DNA from: Octopus bimaculoides
Lineage: Eukaryota
Assembly (NCBI RefSeq): GCF_001194135.2
Contig: NC_068984.1
Span: forward strand, 3,784,192-3,848,191
Reading direction: 5' to 3'
DNA: 64,000 nt
Shown here in pieces: positions 26,149-40,228 of the stretch. The position numbers were made by a program, and so were the translations under genes. The notes under the pieces are model-generated. The model had not been told where the DNA came from. It was given only the letters and a program-made list of their open reading frames with translations, and searched no databases. Numbering within the stretch: the first letter of the stretch is position 1; every line of letters starts with the position of its first letter.

Positions 26149-26554
26149 TTGTGAAATTTCCTAGAAACATGTTACTGGATATCACTACATCCATTGATCA
26201 TAGCTCTATATTTGTTCTATATTTACTATTCAAACTGGACTTCTGGTCTATAGGTGTTGTAAACAAAGAAATAAATAAAAAAAAAACACATTTATGTCAA
26301 ATATAACACCTTGTATTTAGGGTTACACTACCATGTGCACTTAAATGATAGTGTGATTTGTGAAGAATTGGACTGTTATTTCCGATAGGATGAGTGTCCA
26401 CCAGTCACCTCAATGATGGTGCTAACAACAGTGGTAGTGGTGATGGTATTGGTGTTGGTAATATAACTTTGGAAGTTGTGGAAAGGGGGACAGTCCTAGA
26501 GAAAATGTGGGCTTCATTATGATGAGGTAATAACAAATGATGATATTTTTAACA

Positions 26555-26599
<45 letters not shown>

Positions 26600-27183
26600 T
26601 TAGTGATCCTGGGGTTCATTATCACAGTAGATATTGTTATTAACACTGCTGCTAATGATGAAGACGGTGATAATTAATAGGAGAAAAATAATGACACTAA
26701 ACTCAGTAGAACTGACATATAGTGACAATATTTTATGTCCAGTTTTTCATACCTAACATGGGCCAGATGAGACTTTTTGAAAATATAAACAAAAATGATA
26801 AAAATACAAATTCGATGCCTCTATATGGTTAGTGAAACTGCTAGAAGTAGCAACCAAATCTTCAAACAACATTCTGGTTTCGTAAAAATAGAATATAGCA
26901 AATAATGTGGTCCAAGATACACTATGCCCCCAAAAGAAAAGATGAGATCACTTTTGATCCTATTTTCTGGATGCTGACCTGGGACTAAACAACATTCTTA
27001 AACAAATACAGAAACAAACAAAACAAAAATAAAATATACAGCTACACAAAGTAAATCCCTTTTTTCCTAGCTACATTAAATTCTCCTTACAATCCAATTT
27101 GACTTTCATTAATAACTCTCTCTCCTGAACCTAAATCTTTTGTAATTACCAACCATAAACTATCTCCCTCCCATTCCATGTAC

Positions 27184-27225
<42 letters not shown>

Positions 27226-28341
27226 CACACACACAATCAGCTTTAATTTCAACATTCAATCTTATTGCATCTTTTATTTGTTCTTGTTATATTTTCATTT
27301 TTCTCTAATTTAAACACTTTTTACACTTTTTCTTCGATTTTTTATGCATTTTTCTTTCTACAATAACTTAAAAACAAATTTTTTAAATGGGGGAAAAAAT
27401 AACAAAATTTTGTTTTTGTAAATTTCACTTATTTTTTTTTTTTTTTGCTTTTTTGTTTGTTTTGTTGTTGTTGTTTTTATTTTTGTTTTGTTTTTTTAAT
27501 GGAAGCAGGCAAGAAAATGTGAAAGCGAAGAGAAAATATCAAAATAGTCAGGTCTGGAGTTAGTTTTGACAAAACTGAAGGCAGACATCTTAAATCACTG
27601 TTTCTTTCACTAATGAGAACAAATTAATAAAAATATAAAACATGAAAGAAAATAATGAAATTACTGTTATAAATAAATTAAACATACAAATACAAAAACA
27701 CATTCATAAGTGTGTGTGTGTGTGTGTGTGCGCGTGTGTGTGCGTGTGTGTGTGTTTGTATGTGCTCAGAACTTGTATTGTGTTTATGTTTATAAAGAAA
27801 AGAAGGTCAGTCGAAGCTGTTTGTTAACTAAACACACAAGGTTTGATAATTATGAATAATACCAGAGATACTTGATGTCTGATGATGTTAGAGCAAGTAG
27901 GAATGCTGTTAAAATATCACACACTACTATATATATGATACCATCTCAGTACCAGCACAAAATGTATCACAGAACAAAAGACTGAATATCTTCAATAAAT
28001 ACTATGATATTATTAGATATAAATTATTGTCCATATATGTATTTATTTATTTGGAGGCCAGGCAGAAAGATGAGGCTGAAATTTAATATCAATCTCCTGG
28101 AAACATTTTTTCTCTGGTTTCTCACAACTATTACCACCACAGCTACCATCACAACCACCAACACACCACCACCATCATCATCATCATTGCCCACCTCCTC
28201 ACAATTATAACTGCCAACATCCTTCCAGTTAAATCACTAAATAGAGTTTAAAGAATACTGCCAATTGAGAAACTTCAGTTCTTTGGTCTTACAGTGCCAT
28301 TAGCAGCTCTAGGTACTATACACGGATGATTATATTCACTA

Positions 28342-28716
28342 GGAGGTGCAATGGCCCAGTGGTTAGGGCAGCGGACTTGCGGTCGTAGGATCATGGTTTT
28401 GATCCCCAGACCAGGCATTGTGTTTATTGAGCAAAAACACCTAAACCTCCACAAGGCTCTGGCAGGGGATGGTGGCAAACCCTGCTGTACTCTTTCACCA
28501 CAACTTTCTCTCACTCTTTCTTCCTTGTTTCTGTTGTACCTGTAATTCAAAGGGGCCAGCCTTGTCACACTGTGTCACGCTGAATCTCTCTGAGAACTAC
28601 ATTAAGGGTACAAATGTCTGTGGAATGCTCAGCCACTTGCACGTTAATTTCACGAGCAGGCTGTTCTGTTGATCGGATCAACTGGAACCCTCATTGTCAT
28701 AACCAACGGAGTGCCA
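28342..28716 (+). mobile_element. SINE family C, apparently full length, with tRNA-derived head
   Basis: A-box tggcccagtggttagggc and a degenerate B-box ggttttgatccc, followed by a body not found in tRNAs. Second copy at 11728. Confidence 0.85.
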
Positions 28717-28759
28717 AGATATGCACTGAACAACATGCCGCTGAAATACTGACATCAAA

Positions 28760-28953
28760 ATTTGGCACAGGGGCAGCAATTTGGTGAAGGGGTCAAGTCA
28801 ACCCCATCAACCCCAGTGCTCGACTGGCACTTATTCTAAGGATGGACGGTAAAGTTGACCTTAGTGGAATTTGAACTCAGAATGTGAAGGCAAAAGAAAT
28901 GCCATTAAGCATTTTTCCCAGTGCAGTAACAGCTCTGCCAGTTCTCTGCCTTC
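28760..28953 (-). mobile_element. SINE family D
   Basis: ccccagtgctcgactggcacttatt...gttgacc...atttgaactcagaatg. Confidence 0.75.
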
Positions 28954-29524
28954 GATGTCACTGAAATATTACAAATTGAGTGAGGGAAGGGAGGATTGTT
29001 ACCAAAGAGAGTGAGGGGAGGGGGAGAATGATACAGGTGGTAAATTTTAAAAAGTTTAGTATGAGGAATTTTCATTGCCAACAGTGAATTAGTATTTTTG
29101 CTAACTAAATTTTAGAAAGCGAAGAAAGAGTAGCAAAGTCAAACAGAGTTAATAAAAATAATTATCTTGCAAGAATGATTCCACTCTCTGTTTACCATAT
29201 TTCTGTCTGACAACACTGCCTTTGTTGCAATTAATATTTCAAATAATGAAGAATTTAGTAAAATAAGCTCATCCTTTCTAAGTTGGCATTTAGAACATAA
29301 TGTATTTTGAAATTAGATTTTAATCNNNNNNNNNNNNNNNNNNNNNNNNNNNNNNNNNNNNNNNNNNNNNNNNNNNNNNNNNNNNNNNNNNNNNNNNNNN
29401 NNNNNNNNNNNNNNNNNNNNNNNNNCTGACATTTTTCCACATCAAACTCCAAAATCATTACATTTTATAACAAATATTTTCTTACTCACTGTTAACCCTT
29501 GTTTTATGTATTCATAACTTTCAC

Positions 29525-30090
29525 ATGGACCTATTCAACTCTCAGCCCACTAGACATATTTATAGGAAAACCTTGAACCTAAATAGACTACTGGCCACTA
29601 ACAGCCTACCATCTGTTGGTAATAGGAAAATAATGCCTGCTGAAAAGCACCAAGATACAACCAACAACAAAATGTGGAGATACAATTGCCATAGTCAAAA
29701 CACGTGCCCTGTCAATGGTAGATGCCAAGAAAATAATTACATATACACTGACGGTCACATTTCTGACCAAAATATTGATTATGAAGTAATGAGTGCCAAA
29801 CCATTTAAGAACAGTCTCTATCAACATAATTACACCTTCAAAACATTGCAAAGAAGAGAAAAAACAAAATCGGAACACAAATCTGGTTTTTAGGAAATTA
29901 CAGTATACTCCATATCACTAAATGAAAATTCCATATTGCTAAACAGAGTTATCGTCTTACAATCATATACTACTGTAGTTTTTTGTACCCCTGAATAGCA
30001 TTCAATCCTTAAGCACAAACCTAAAGCATTGAATAAACCACATGAAATTAATCACTTCATGACTTTACATGTGCAAGTGCCTCCTTACAC
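29525..30090 (+). mobile_element. Second Penelope-like GIY-YIG endonuclease remnant (different family from 12340)
   Basis: YNCHSQNTCPVNGRCQENN.IY ... KPFKNSLYQHNYTFK ... ILKHKP..LNK resembles the CNC..CP..G.C, FK.R..H and LNK motifs of PLE endonucleases. Decayed. Confidence 0.7.
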
Positions 30091-30407
30091 ATAACATTCC
30101 CATGTTAGCAACAGCAAATCCCAACAGGACACATTTTCTTTTCCTTCTCTTTCCTTCCATCTTTGAATAATATTTTGTGACTAATAACTGATCTGAGAGG
30201 AAGGTCTGTCTACTTGATGCTGCTGGCCCCAATACTTAACTGTTGCTTTATTCTATTGGTCTCAGTGGGATGAAAGGCTAAGTTGATCACAGCAATCATA
30301 TTTTTTTCCGACACTCTGATGATTCTGAAAATCCATTGCCATAATAACAGAACCAATAAGACCAGAGTTATTCCCCCTCCTACAAACATCTACGTGTAAA
30401 TAAACAT

Positions 30408-30568
30408 ACATCATGATCATCATTTAACATCCTCCTTCCATGCTGGCATGTGTCTGTTTCGGCAGGGAGTTTATGGCTGGATGTCCTTCCTAACACAAAC
30501 CACCTTACTGGATGCTATTTTTAAGTGACACCAGTGCTGGCAGGGTCACCAAAGAACTTTACAAGACA
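30408..30568 (-). mobile_element. RTE-tailed repeat fragment
   Basis: catcatcatgatcatcatttaacatcctccttccatgctggcatg... Confidence 0.7.
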
Positions 30569-30574
30569 AGGAAT

Positions 30575-30767
30575 CTTGTTTCAGTCATTTGACTGCGGCC
30601 ATGCTGGAGCATCACCTTCAGTCGAACTAATTGACCCCAGGACTTATTCTTTGTAAGCCTAGCACTTACACTATCAGCCTCTTTTGCCAAACCGCTAAGT
30701 TATGGGGGATGTAAACACACCAACATCAGCTGTCAAGCGATGGTGGGGGACAAACGCAATCACAAAA

Positions 30768-30802
<35 letters not shown>

Positions 30803-30937
30803 CACTTCTTCTAGTTTCTGTCTACCAAATCCACTCATAAAGCTTTGGCCAGCCCGGGGCTATAATAGAAGACACTTGCCCCAGGTGTCATGCTGTGGCA
30901 TGTGGTTGGGAAGCAAGCTTCTTACCATGAAGCCACT
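30575..30937 (-). mobile_element. SINE family A
   Basis: Family head and tail present, with an internal (TA)n tract. Confidence 0.85.
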
Positions 30938-31207
30938 CTTGCATATATATATATGTAGCTAATTTGTTAAATATCTATAAAATGCACATTCACACACACA
31001 TACACATATATTAATTTACATTAATCTGATGGATTACTCCAAACTTTTGTAGAGTACAAATTTACTTTCTCTCACAAGAATAGTATTGAGTGTGTTTTAA
31101 ATAGATACAACATATAACTAACATTGAGTCGTTTGTGTCAATGCTATTGTATTACTCTGAGTAAAACTGACAGTTATGTATAAATATGATGCAGTGTTGT
31201 ATCATTA

Positions 31208-31423
31208 TGCAGCTGCCAAGACAACAGAATTGTTAGCAATGCTGGACAAAATACTCAGCGGCACATTCTGAGTTCAAATTGTGCTGAGGTCAGCTTTGCC
31301 TTTCATCTTTCGAGGTAGAGAAAATAAGTACCAATTGAACACTGGGGTTAATATAATCAACTAGGTCCCTCCCCACACATTCCAGCCCTACCCCTATACT
31401 TGTAGTAGAAAGGTCTATTATTA

Positions 31424-31473
<50 letters not shown>
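31208..31473 (+). mobile_element. SINE family D with (ATT)n tail
   Basis: gcagctgccaagac...ctgagttcaaatt...gtagtagaaagg followed by about 19 ATT units. Confidence 0.8.
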
Positions 31474-31476
<3 letters not shown>

Positions 31477-32449
31477 GAAACAATGACATATTGAAATTGA
31501 TAAGAAAACAATGCTGAAATATGATTTCATTTTTTTATTTTTTTTATTTCTTTTAAGATAAACACAATTTGGAAGAATGTTATGAATGAAGACAAGGTGA
31601 ATCTTGGATTGATCACTAAAGTGGAAAGATGAATGATATATGGGAAGATGACAGGTTGTACTACTGCTACCACACTATCACTACCACTACTACTACTAAT
31701 TTAAAATATCAAAGGAGAGACAAATAATGACAGAAAATCTTACTGAAAACAACAAAAATATCATGAAAATGATACATACAAAAAATTTATCAACAAAAAT
31801 CTCATTTACATCATCATCGTTATTATCATTGTTCTGCACCATTTTCTTTATGAAATCAACACAATTTTTACTCAGTTTCTTGCTTTTTTTTCTTTTTTTT
31901 TTCACCGATATACAATTTTTAGTAAATTTTAATGTTAATCCCATTATCCTAAATCAGAAAAATCACAGCCATTTTATTCAAGACATTCTTAAATTCTATT
32001 CTTATTTTCATGACCGTCTCCAAGACCAGCTTGTTTCTTGATCAAATTCTTAATATTAATATTTTAATATAAAATGTGTGCAAAAAAGTTAAAAAATGAA
32101 ATTATTTTTTTTTTAATCCATTTCCTTTAACATCCAAATACTGTCTGCTGTAGTCTCAATATAATTTGCACCAAATTTAACATAGCAAACCCCAAGAAAC
32201 CATATTCTCTAGTTTTTGCAAGCTTCTACCCTCAACTTCTAGGTTTCACTCTTCTGTGAGAATATACTTCAAGTATTGCCCACTTCTAAACCAAATATTT
32301 AAGACATCAATCTAGAATTTTATTAGAAATAAGCCAGAAAAATTCCTTTACAAAAAATGAAAAATATTAATTCATTAGTTTCCACCTGTTAATTAACGTC
32401 TTACTGTTATATATGAACTCATTACTGCTTTATATAAAGCCTTCATTGC

Positions 32450-32495
<46 letters not shown>

Positions 32496-32559
32496 CTAGA
32501 CACTTTTATTTTCCTGTCCCTCAATACTCCTCCTACCCGCAATTGTGGGGAGTCTGTCT

Positions 32560-32770
32560 TGCAAATTACTTGGTGACCTCACTCGCTGCTGCTAGTGCTA
32601 CATAAATAGCACCCAATGCACTCTGCAAAATAGTTGGTATTAGGAAGAGCACTCAGCTGTAGAAACCATGCCAAAGCAGACAGCAGGGTTGGAACAGCCT
32701 TCTGACTTATCAGTTCTTGTGGAATCATCCAACCCATGCCAGCATGGAGAATAAGTGTTAAATGATGATA
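32560..32770 (+). mobile_element. RTE-tailed repeat
   Basis: tattaggaagagcactcagctgtagaaacc...aacccatgccagcatggagaataagtgttaaatgatgat. Confidence 0.7.
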
Positions 32771-32816
32771 TTTATATATGGCTCCTTACTGCTATATATA
32801 AAGTCTCTTTTCTGAT

Positions 32817-33088
32817 ATTCTTTAACTTGTTTCAGTCATTTGACTGCGGCCATGCTGGAGCACCACCTTTAGTTGAGCAAATCAACCCCTGGGACTTATT
32901 CTTTGTNNNNNNNNNNCCTTTAGTTGAGCAAATCAACCCCTGGGACTTATTCTTTGTAAGCCTAGTACTTATTCTATCGGTATCTTTTGCCAAACCACTA
33001 AGTTACAGAGACGTAAATACACCAGCATTAGTTGTCAAGCGATGTTGGGGGGACAAACACAGACACACTAACATATATACACACACAG

Positions 33089-33137
<49 letters not shown>

Positions 33138-33304
33138 TACATATATGACGGACTTCTTCCAGTTTCCGTCTACCATATCCACTCACAAGGCTTTGGTCAG
33201 CCCAAGGCTATAGTAGAAGACACTTGCCCAAGGTGCCACACATGAGACTGAACCCAGGACCATGTAGTTGGTAAGCAAGCTACTTACCACACAGCCACTC
33301 CTGC
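32817..33304 (-). mobile_element. SINE family A, full length (contains a gap-edge duplication)
   Basis: Family head and tail present, with an internal (CA)n(TA)n tract. Confidence 0.85.
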
Positions 33305-35269
33305 TATATATAATTTTTTTTCCCATACTTATCCAGCATATGTTTTTTAAAACATATGTTGGGTCGTTTAAATTACCACAGTTTTTCTTCCTCTTTTTAA
33401 AAGTAAAATGTCTAAGAGCAACAAAATATAATACCGATATTTACTTTATCACACGCTATATAGGTGTGGTGGGGGGCCAGTGGAACCAGAAGACGGTTTT
33501 ATTAGGATATATTTCTATGAAAAATATGAAGTAAAGAAAATAGATCTGCAAATAAAACAATAGCCATTCATTCACCTTGTTAGAAACATATTTTGAATAA
33601 GAATGTTGAGTAAACATTTAGACATATTAGTTTAACAATCTTAAAATATGGTTATCATTGCTAGAAAAGTAACATTCTTCAACTTTCAGGAAAAGATTAT
33701 ATTAAGTAACACTGTCTCAATTAATCTAACATATTATGATGTTCAGTCACCAACCATTAAAACAAGATAATTAACTGAAATATTAATTCAAATAATTAAT
33801 TGGAACATGAATCCTACCAACACATGCATTTACAAAACATTTATTTATGAATGCCTTTCATTTTTTTTCACTCTTTTGAAGGAATTTCTTATGACCATAA
33901 AACTCATCACATACCTCACAATGAGAATTCTCCTCATCCATCTTTTAATACAATCGTCTTTTGACATGAAGTGACTCTCAACACTGAAAAAAACAAAAAA
34001 AAGAATAATATTTATAATGTGTTAGAAATCTCCATAATATGTATTCTAAAATCTTCATGAAATAACTTAGCAGGAGACAGTCTTTAGATTATGAAGACTT
34101 CCAAATGAATGTTTTGTGGTTATCAAATTTCTAACAACACATTATTTTATGACAGTATTTTCTGAAAAATCAGGGAAGAACTTGGTGTAAACATATTGTT
34201 TGGCATTATTAAAATACAATAGCAACAACATGAATGATTAAAGAAATGTTAGCAAAATGAAAAAATAACAAAAGAAAAGACAAATACATTATAGATTAAT
34301 CTGAAAATAGAGAGAAAATGAAGAATTATGTGGACAATGTTAGTTCCAGAAAGAAAACAAACACTTATTGCAGGTTGTTTGAAATATAGAAAAGATTGAT
34401 AATTGCACCTTGAGAAATAGATGACATGAAATAGAAAATATTACAGAGATTTTGATAAGAAAATTGTCAGAATGGTGGAGATAGTCGAGAAATGTTTACA
34501 GGATGTGAAAAAGAAAAATAAACTGCAGCAGATACGAGTAAGACATTCCAATAAATGAAAAAAATTGAAGAAAATAGATTTAATTAAAACTACAAAAGTC
34601 ATTAAAATTAAACAACAATTTCTTTCTTTTTTCAGTTTCTTATTAATCAACAGAAACTTAACCAAATTAGTTAATGAACCAGAAGATATCAGTAGCCAAA
34701 GATGAAATTTTCATAGAGTTACAGGTTTTCAAAATACTTCATTCTGAAATCAAAAACAATTTCTTAAAAGTTCCCATGTTCAGAATTCTGGACTTCATAA
34801 ACAGACTCTAGATATATTTCTAAGTACTGGTATATTTACCATTTTCATAACTGATTTTTTTTTTTCTTTTAGTTAAGATACAAAGAATTACTAAGTTAAT
34901 TGTTTAATAGAGATCTAATAGATTAGATCTTGTAACGTGTCAGCTAAATGAGAGGAGTACAGAGTAATCAGAAAGGATACTCAGCTTTTATACATAATAT
35001 CTGTGTGTGTGTCAGTGAGTTTGTATATATAGATAGATAGATGGATGGATGGATGGGTAAGGTAGGCAGGCAGGCAGGCAGATATAAATGCAGCTATATT
35101 AATACTCTGACACCTCATCACCAACATCTTAATCTTCTTTCCAGCTATGCCCACCCACTCCTATATAATGCAGAAAACACTGTGCCTGTCCTGCTAACCA
35201 TACTCTAGCCTCTCAACATCTCCCTCTCTACTACAACTCCAGTCAGTTGAGGAGACTTCTTTTTCTTTG

Positions 35270-35460
35270 TTTTGTAAGTTACTTGGTGACCTCTCTAATG
35301 TTGGTGCCATGAAAAAAAAAAATCCAGCACAGTCTGCAAAGCAGTTGTCATTAGGAAAGACATCCAGATGTAGAAACCAAAGCAGACAGCAGGGTTTGCC
35401 ACAGTCCTGTGACTCACAAGAACCTGTTAAAATGTCCAGCCCATGCCAGCATGAAAGACA
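35270..35460 (+). mobile_element. RTE-tailed repeat
   Basis: ttaggaaagacatccagatgtagaaacc...gcccatgccagcatgaaa. Confidence 0.65.
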
Positions 35461-35496
<36 letters not shown>

Positions 35497-36391
35497 CATG
35501 TATGTATATATGGATGTTTACATATGTATGTTTACATATAATTTGTACATGTATATATATGCATGCAGTTTGTTTGTTGCTCTACTAATTTAGCCATCCA
35601 TTCACCATTCAGTCATTGGTGTCACTAAATGTCAGATTTAGTCTCAAAAATAATTGTCTCATTCTTAATTCTGTGCAAAATTTCATTAACAAACATTTGG
35701 TCTCATTTTTATTTATTTATTTATTTTTTTTTGAATTATCAAGTTATCTATCATTTTCTTCTCAAAGATGCGCAAACATTTATTGTGTATTTCTGTGCAA
35801 TTAAATAATTCCCAATACAACAGAAACAATGCGTGTGTTATACACACATCATATAATACATATACGCGAGTGTGTGTGTGTGTGTGCACGTGTTTGTATC
35901 AAAACTCACATATATACACATATTTGCTTACAGCTTAACCAAAATTTGAAATTATACAAGTCAAAAATACCTCAACAGAATCCATCAAAGAAAAGATGAG
36001 AAAGTGAAACAAGAATCTTGTTAGGAAATGAAAATGAGAAAGGAGCAACATGTTATTGACATTGTTGTGTGAGAGACTTAATTCTGCTGTCAAACCATAA
36101 AAAAAACATACAAAAATAGCCGAGTTGAATATCTGAATACGTTCAATATAGATTTAAAAATAAAAGAGGGTGTATAGAATTATCCAATTTAGAACTAATC
36201 TTAGATTTCCAGACAGATGAGAAAATCTGTTTTGATTAGATGAAACACAAGCACATACAAGGAACATCATACACCAATGAATGCATTTAATAATAACACA
36301 ACAGAAGTATACATACATTTTAATGCACATGTTTGTCTATGAAAATATATACTTGGAAATATACATATATATACATATATAAATATATACA

Positions 36392-36452
<61 letters not shown>

Positions 36453-36987
36453 ATAAACAGAGAGAATAAGCAATAGAGAATAAACATAGAACAAAAGAAA
36501 AACAAATTGAAAACAAAGAAGGAAGCAGAGAAAAAACAATACATGTGTTTCTGTGAGGCTGATTAAACATGAGATTGTATAAACAATGACACACATATTG
36601 TGGGTGGCAAATTAGCAGAGTGGTTATGGCATCAGATACACTACCACATAATATTTGTTCTAACTCTCTACACAATGAGTTCAAATTCTACCAAAGTTAA
36701 AATTTGTCTTTCATTCCTAGAATATCAGTGCAGATGCCTTGTGGTATTGGTTCCGGTCAATTGCATTCTGAGTTCAAATCCTGTCATGGTCTTAGCAGGA
36801 AATCTTATCTGTTGCCCAGCGTAACATCAGCAGCTGACACCTTTAGTGGACCCTGTTCTATTACAAGTATTTGGGGAAAGGTATCCAGGTTAAGGATACC
36901 TTCCTCTTGCCTACCAGTCTTGGAGTCATGATAAAGAGTCATGATCACTACCTTGCATTTGATGAAAGATACACACACACACACACA

Positions 36988-37190
36988 CGAAGGCAGATGG
37001 ACTAATGGTCAAGACGTTCAGCTCATGATCATAATATGATCATAACACCACGGACTCAAATCTTGGACAGGGTAACACATTGTTTCCTTGAGCAGGGTAC
37101 TTCATATCGTGTTTCTCAAGTCAACTCAGCTGTAAATCAGTAACAGTTGAATGCTGATGGAGTTGCCCCTCTCCCCACTCTCCTGTTGTC
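36988..37190 (+). mobile_element. Old CORE/V-like SINE (family E); a related minus copy lies at about 37860-37976
   Basis: tRNA-like head followed by ccttgagcagggtacttc...actcagctgtaaat. The minus copy shows acttgctcaaggag...ctaaccactgaaccatgtgcctt. Confidence 0.55.
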
Positions 37191-37459
37191 TTCATAATGT
37201 CACAACCTCACTGTTCTGCAGTGTTCAGAAGGGTGACAGGGCTGTAAGGGCATCTCCATCTCCTGGTAAATACTAAACACAGAGTAAAAGCATGGAACAT
37301 GCTACCAACACACACATGCTCACAAATAATAGCTGATTGTGTGTGCGTGTGTACAAACACACATATACATATACACACACAACATATATATTTGTTCAGA
37401 GAGTTATATAATATATATATACTCTCTCTCTCTCTTTCTCTCACTCAGTATATATTTAT

Positions 37460-37500
<41 letters not shown>

Positions 37501-38010
37501 TCACACACAAATATATACACATGTGTGTGCACACGCACACACATATATATATATTTGAAAAAAAAAATTAATAGAAATGGATTTTCTGGTAATTTTTCCA
37601 CATACCAAATAATTTATAAACAAATATTTTATAAACAACTAATTATTAAAGTAGGGAAAATATTTAAAAGCCATTTCTATTCATTTTTTTCAAACAGTAC
37701 CAAGGACTTTCTATCTCTTATTCTACTTTATGAGTGTGTGTGTGTGTGTGTGTATTTCTACCTGGACAAATTCCTCCAGGAAACACCAGATAAACCACCT
37801 ACACCTGGATATGTCTCAACCAACAACAACTCACTGCTTGAGTGGTCCATGGTGTCCCAAAATAACTGACTAAAGTGACTTGCTCAAGGAGACAACACAC
37901 AGCCCGGTCTAGAAATTGAACTCACTACCTTGTGATTGTGAGCACGATGTTCTAACCACTGAACCATGTGCCTTCAAACACACACACACACATATCTATA
38001 TATATCTATA

Positions 38011-38048
<38 letters not shown>

Positions 38049-38098
38049 TTTTTGCATTTGGTTTGCAAGATTCTTCATGTGAGTTTGTGTGTTGAAGC

Positions 38099-38766
38099 AT
38101 ATTCTGTTGTGTCTGGGGCGAGTCATTCTCTTTTAGTGCCGGTAAAATTTCCAATTTCTTTTTCATTTTTCTAAAATTTTTGTTAAATCCTGCAACCTTT
38201 TCAATAGTTTTCACTGTTCGTTATTCACTCTGCATTCCTTTTTGTTTGTTTGTGCACATGTGTGTGGGTTAGTGTGTGTATGTGTGTGTGTGTGTGTGCC
38301 TACACATGCATGTATGCATGTATATATTTGTATGTATGTATTCTGTATATTCATGTGCTTGCATGTCCGTCTTTGTGTGTTTTTATGTATGTGCGTGTGT
38401 TTGTGTGTGTGTGTGTTTTGCAACTACGCAACGTGTTTGTACGTATGGATGTGCATCTCTATATGTGCGGATGTGTGTCTCCATATGTGTCCTTGTGTGA
38501 AGTAAAGTGTGTGTGTATATATGGCCATGTGTTTCAGTCTTCATTTGTGTATGTGTTTTTGTCTGTTCATATAACCTATGTACCTATCTGTCTGTATACT
38601 GGAATGCAGTGTGAATAATGGACAGAGTCAAAACTATTGAAAAGGTTGTAAGACGCAACGAAAATTTTAGAAAAATAAAAACGAAACAAGTGGACATTTT
38701 ACCGGTGAGTGTGTTAAATTATAAGGCACCAAAACAGAATGACTCTCCCCAGACACCACAGAATAT
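38099..38766. repeat. Diverged inverted pair of a 140-165 bp repeat around a TG-rich spacer
   Basis: 38099-38238 (-) and 38601-38766 (+) both begin ggaatgcag and share aaaactattgaaaaggttg and gaatgactc.ccccagacac.acagaatat. Confidence 0.8.
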
Positions 38767-38833
38767 ATATTATATTTACATATATGTACACACATATACA
38801 CACATTCACACACACACATCTTTGTACAGAGAG

Positions 38834-38880
<47 letters not shown>

Positions 38881-40228
38881 TGTATATAAATCTTTGTAGT
38901 CACAGGGCTCCAAATTCAGTCCCACAATGCAGCGATGTCTCCTATAGCCATGAAACCTCAAGAGTGGATTTCAAGGATGGATGCAGAAAAAAGGTTTATC
39001 ATATGATTGTGTGTCTGTGTGCATGTTTATGTGTCCTTGTTTTCATATAACATGCAAACTGTAGACAAACATCACTGCCATGTAAGCAGTGTTGTTGATT
39101 TGCAATATTCCATGAAAACATGTCTGTCCATTGTGCTGGTTACATTTGAAAGGCCAAGGGAAAATATCAATTTGGCTTTGAAATATGTGAGGATTCACAA
39201 AAAATGACCACGGTGCAGTAGAAAGTCAGTCTTAACAAATTTCATCTGACCTACACACACATGGAGATGTGCACATTACAGTGATGATAATGATGATGAT
39301 GTGATGTGTGCGTGTGTGTGCATGCATATATACATATACATGCAGTTAATATTACATATAGAACAACTCCCAAACAGAACTTGAACACTATCTATATGTA
39401 ATATTATTAACTAAACAAGAAAAAAAAAAACTGTTGTAAATAAAGACAGAAATACGTGTTTGCAGAAGAGATGGCAAAGCGAGTGAAAAGAAAGCTAGCA
39501 CTGGTACTAGCTGTAAGTCAGCAGATGTATAAATATATATTGATCTCTGAACTATTTCAATACGAAAGATAAACAGATCTGCTGAACCATCATTGTTGTT
39601 GGCAAGAAGAATCTAGAAGCATCTGATATTTTGTAGGAGTAATTTAATAGTTAATCTCACACATGAAAACATATTTGGACATAGATGTGTGTTTGTTGGT
39701 GTCTGTGGGAAGGGGGTGTCTGTGCATAGACTCTCTCACTCTCTCTCTCTCTCTCACACACACAAACACACAAACACACACACACACTCACTCACACATC
39801 AGAAGCTAAAAGTAAGGTAAGAAGAATATACAAGAACCTAATATAAAATAATACAAGTGAATATGAACAAAAATAAGTAAAATTAGAGGGAGGAACAAAG
39901 AGGACAGAATGTAAGAAAAATAAATGACTACACAGATGAAGTTTAGTTAACAAACACATGTATATAGTGTATGCCGTGTGTACCACCACACACACACAAA
40001 CACACACACCATCCACACACACACACACACACACACACNNNNNNNNNNNNNNNNNNNNNNNNNNNNNNNNNNNNNNNNNNNNNNNNNNNNNNNNNNNNNN
40101 NNNNNNNNNNNNNNNNNNNNNNNNNNNNNNNNNNNNNNNNNNNNNNNNNNNNNNNNNNNNNNNNNNNNNNNNNNNNNNNNNNNNNNNNNNNNNNNNNNNN
40201 NNNNNNNNNNNNNNNNNNNNNNNNNNNN

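Noticed and set aside
28342-28420. tRNA-like sequence
   Set aside because: No acceptor stem closes, and it continues into a SINE body that has a second copy, so it is a SINE head rather than a tRNA gene.
32866-32957. 41-bp exact direct repeat
   Set aside because: The copies flank a 10-N gap exactly, which indicates an unmerged contig overlap (assembly artefact).
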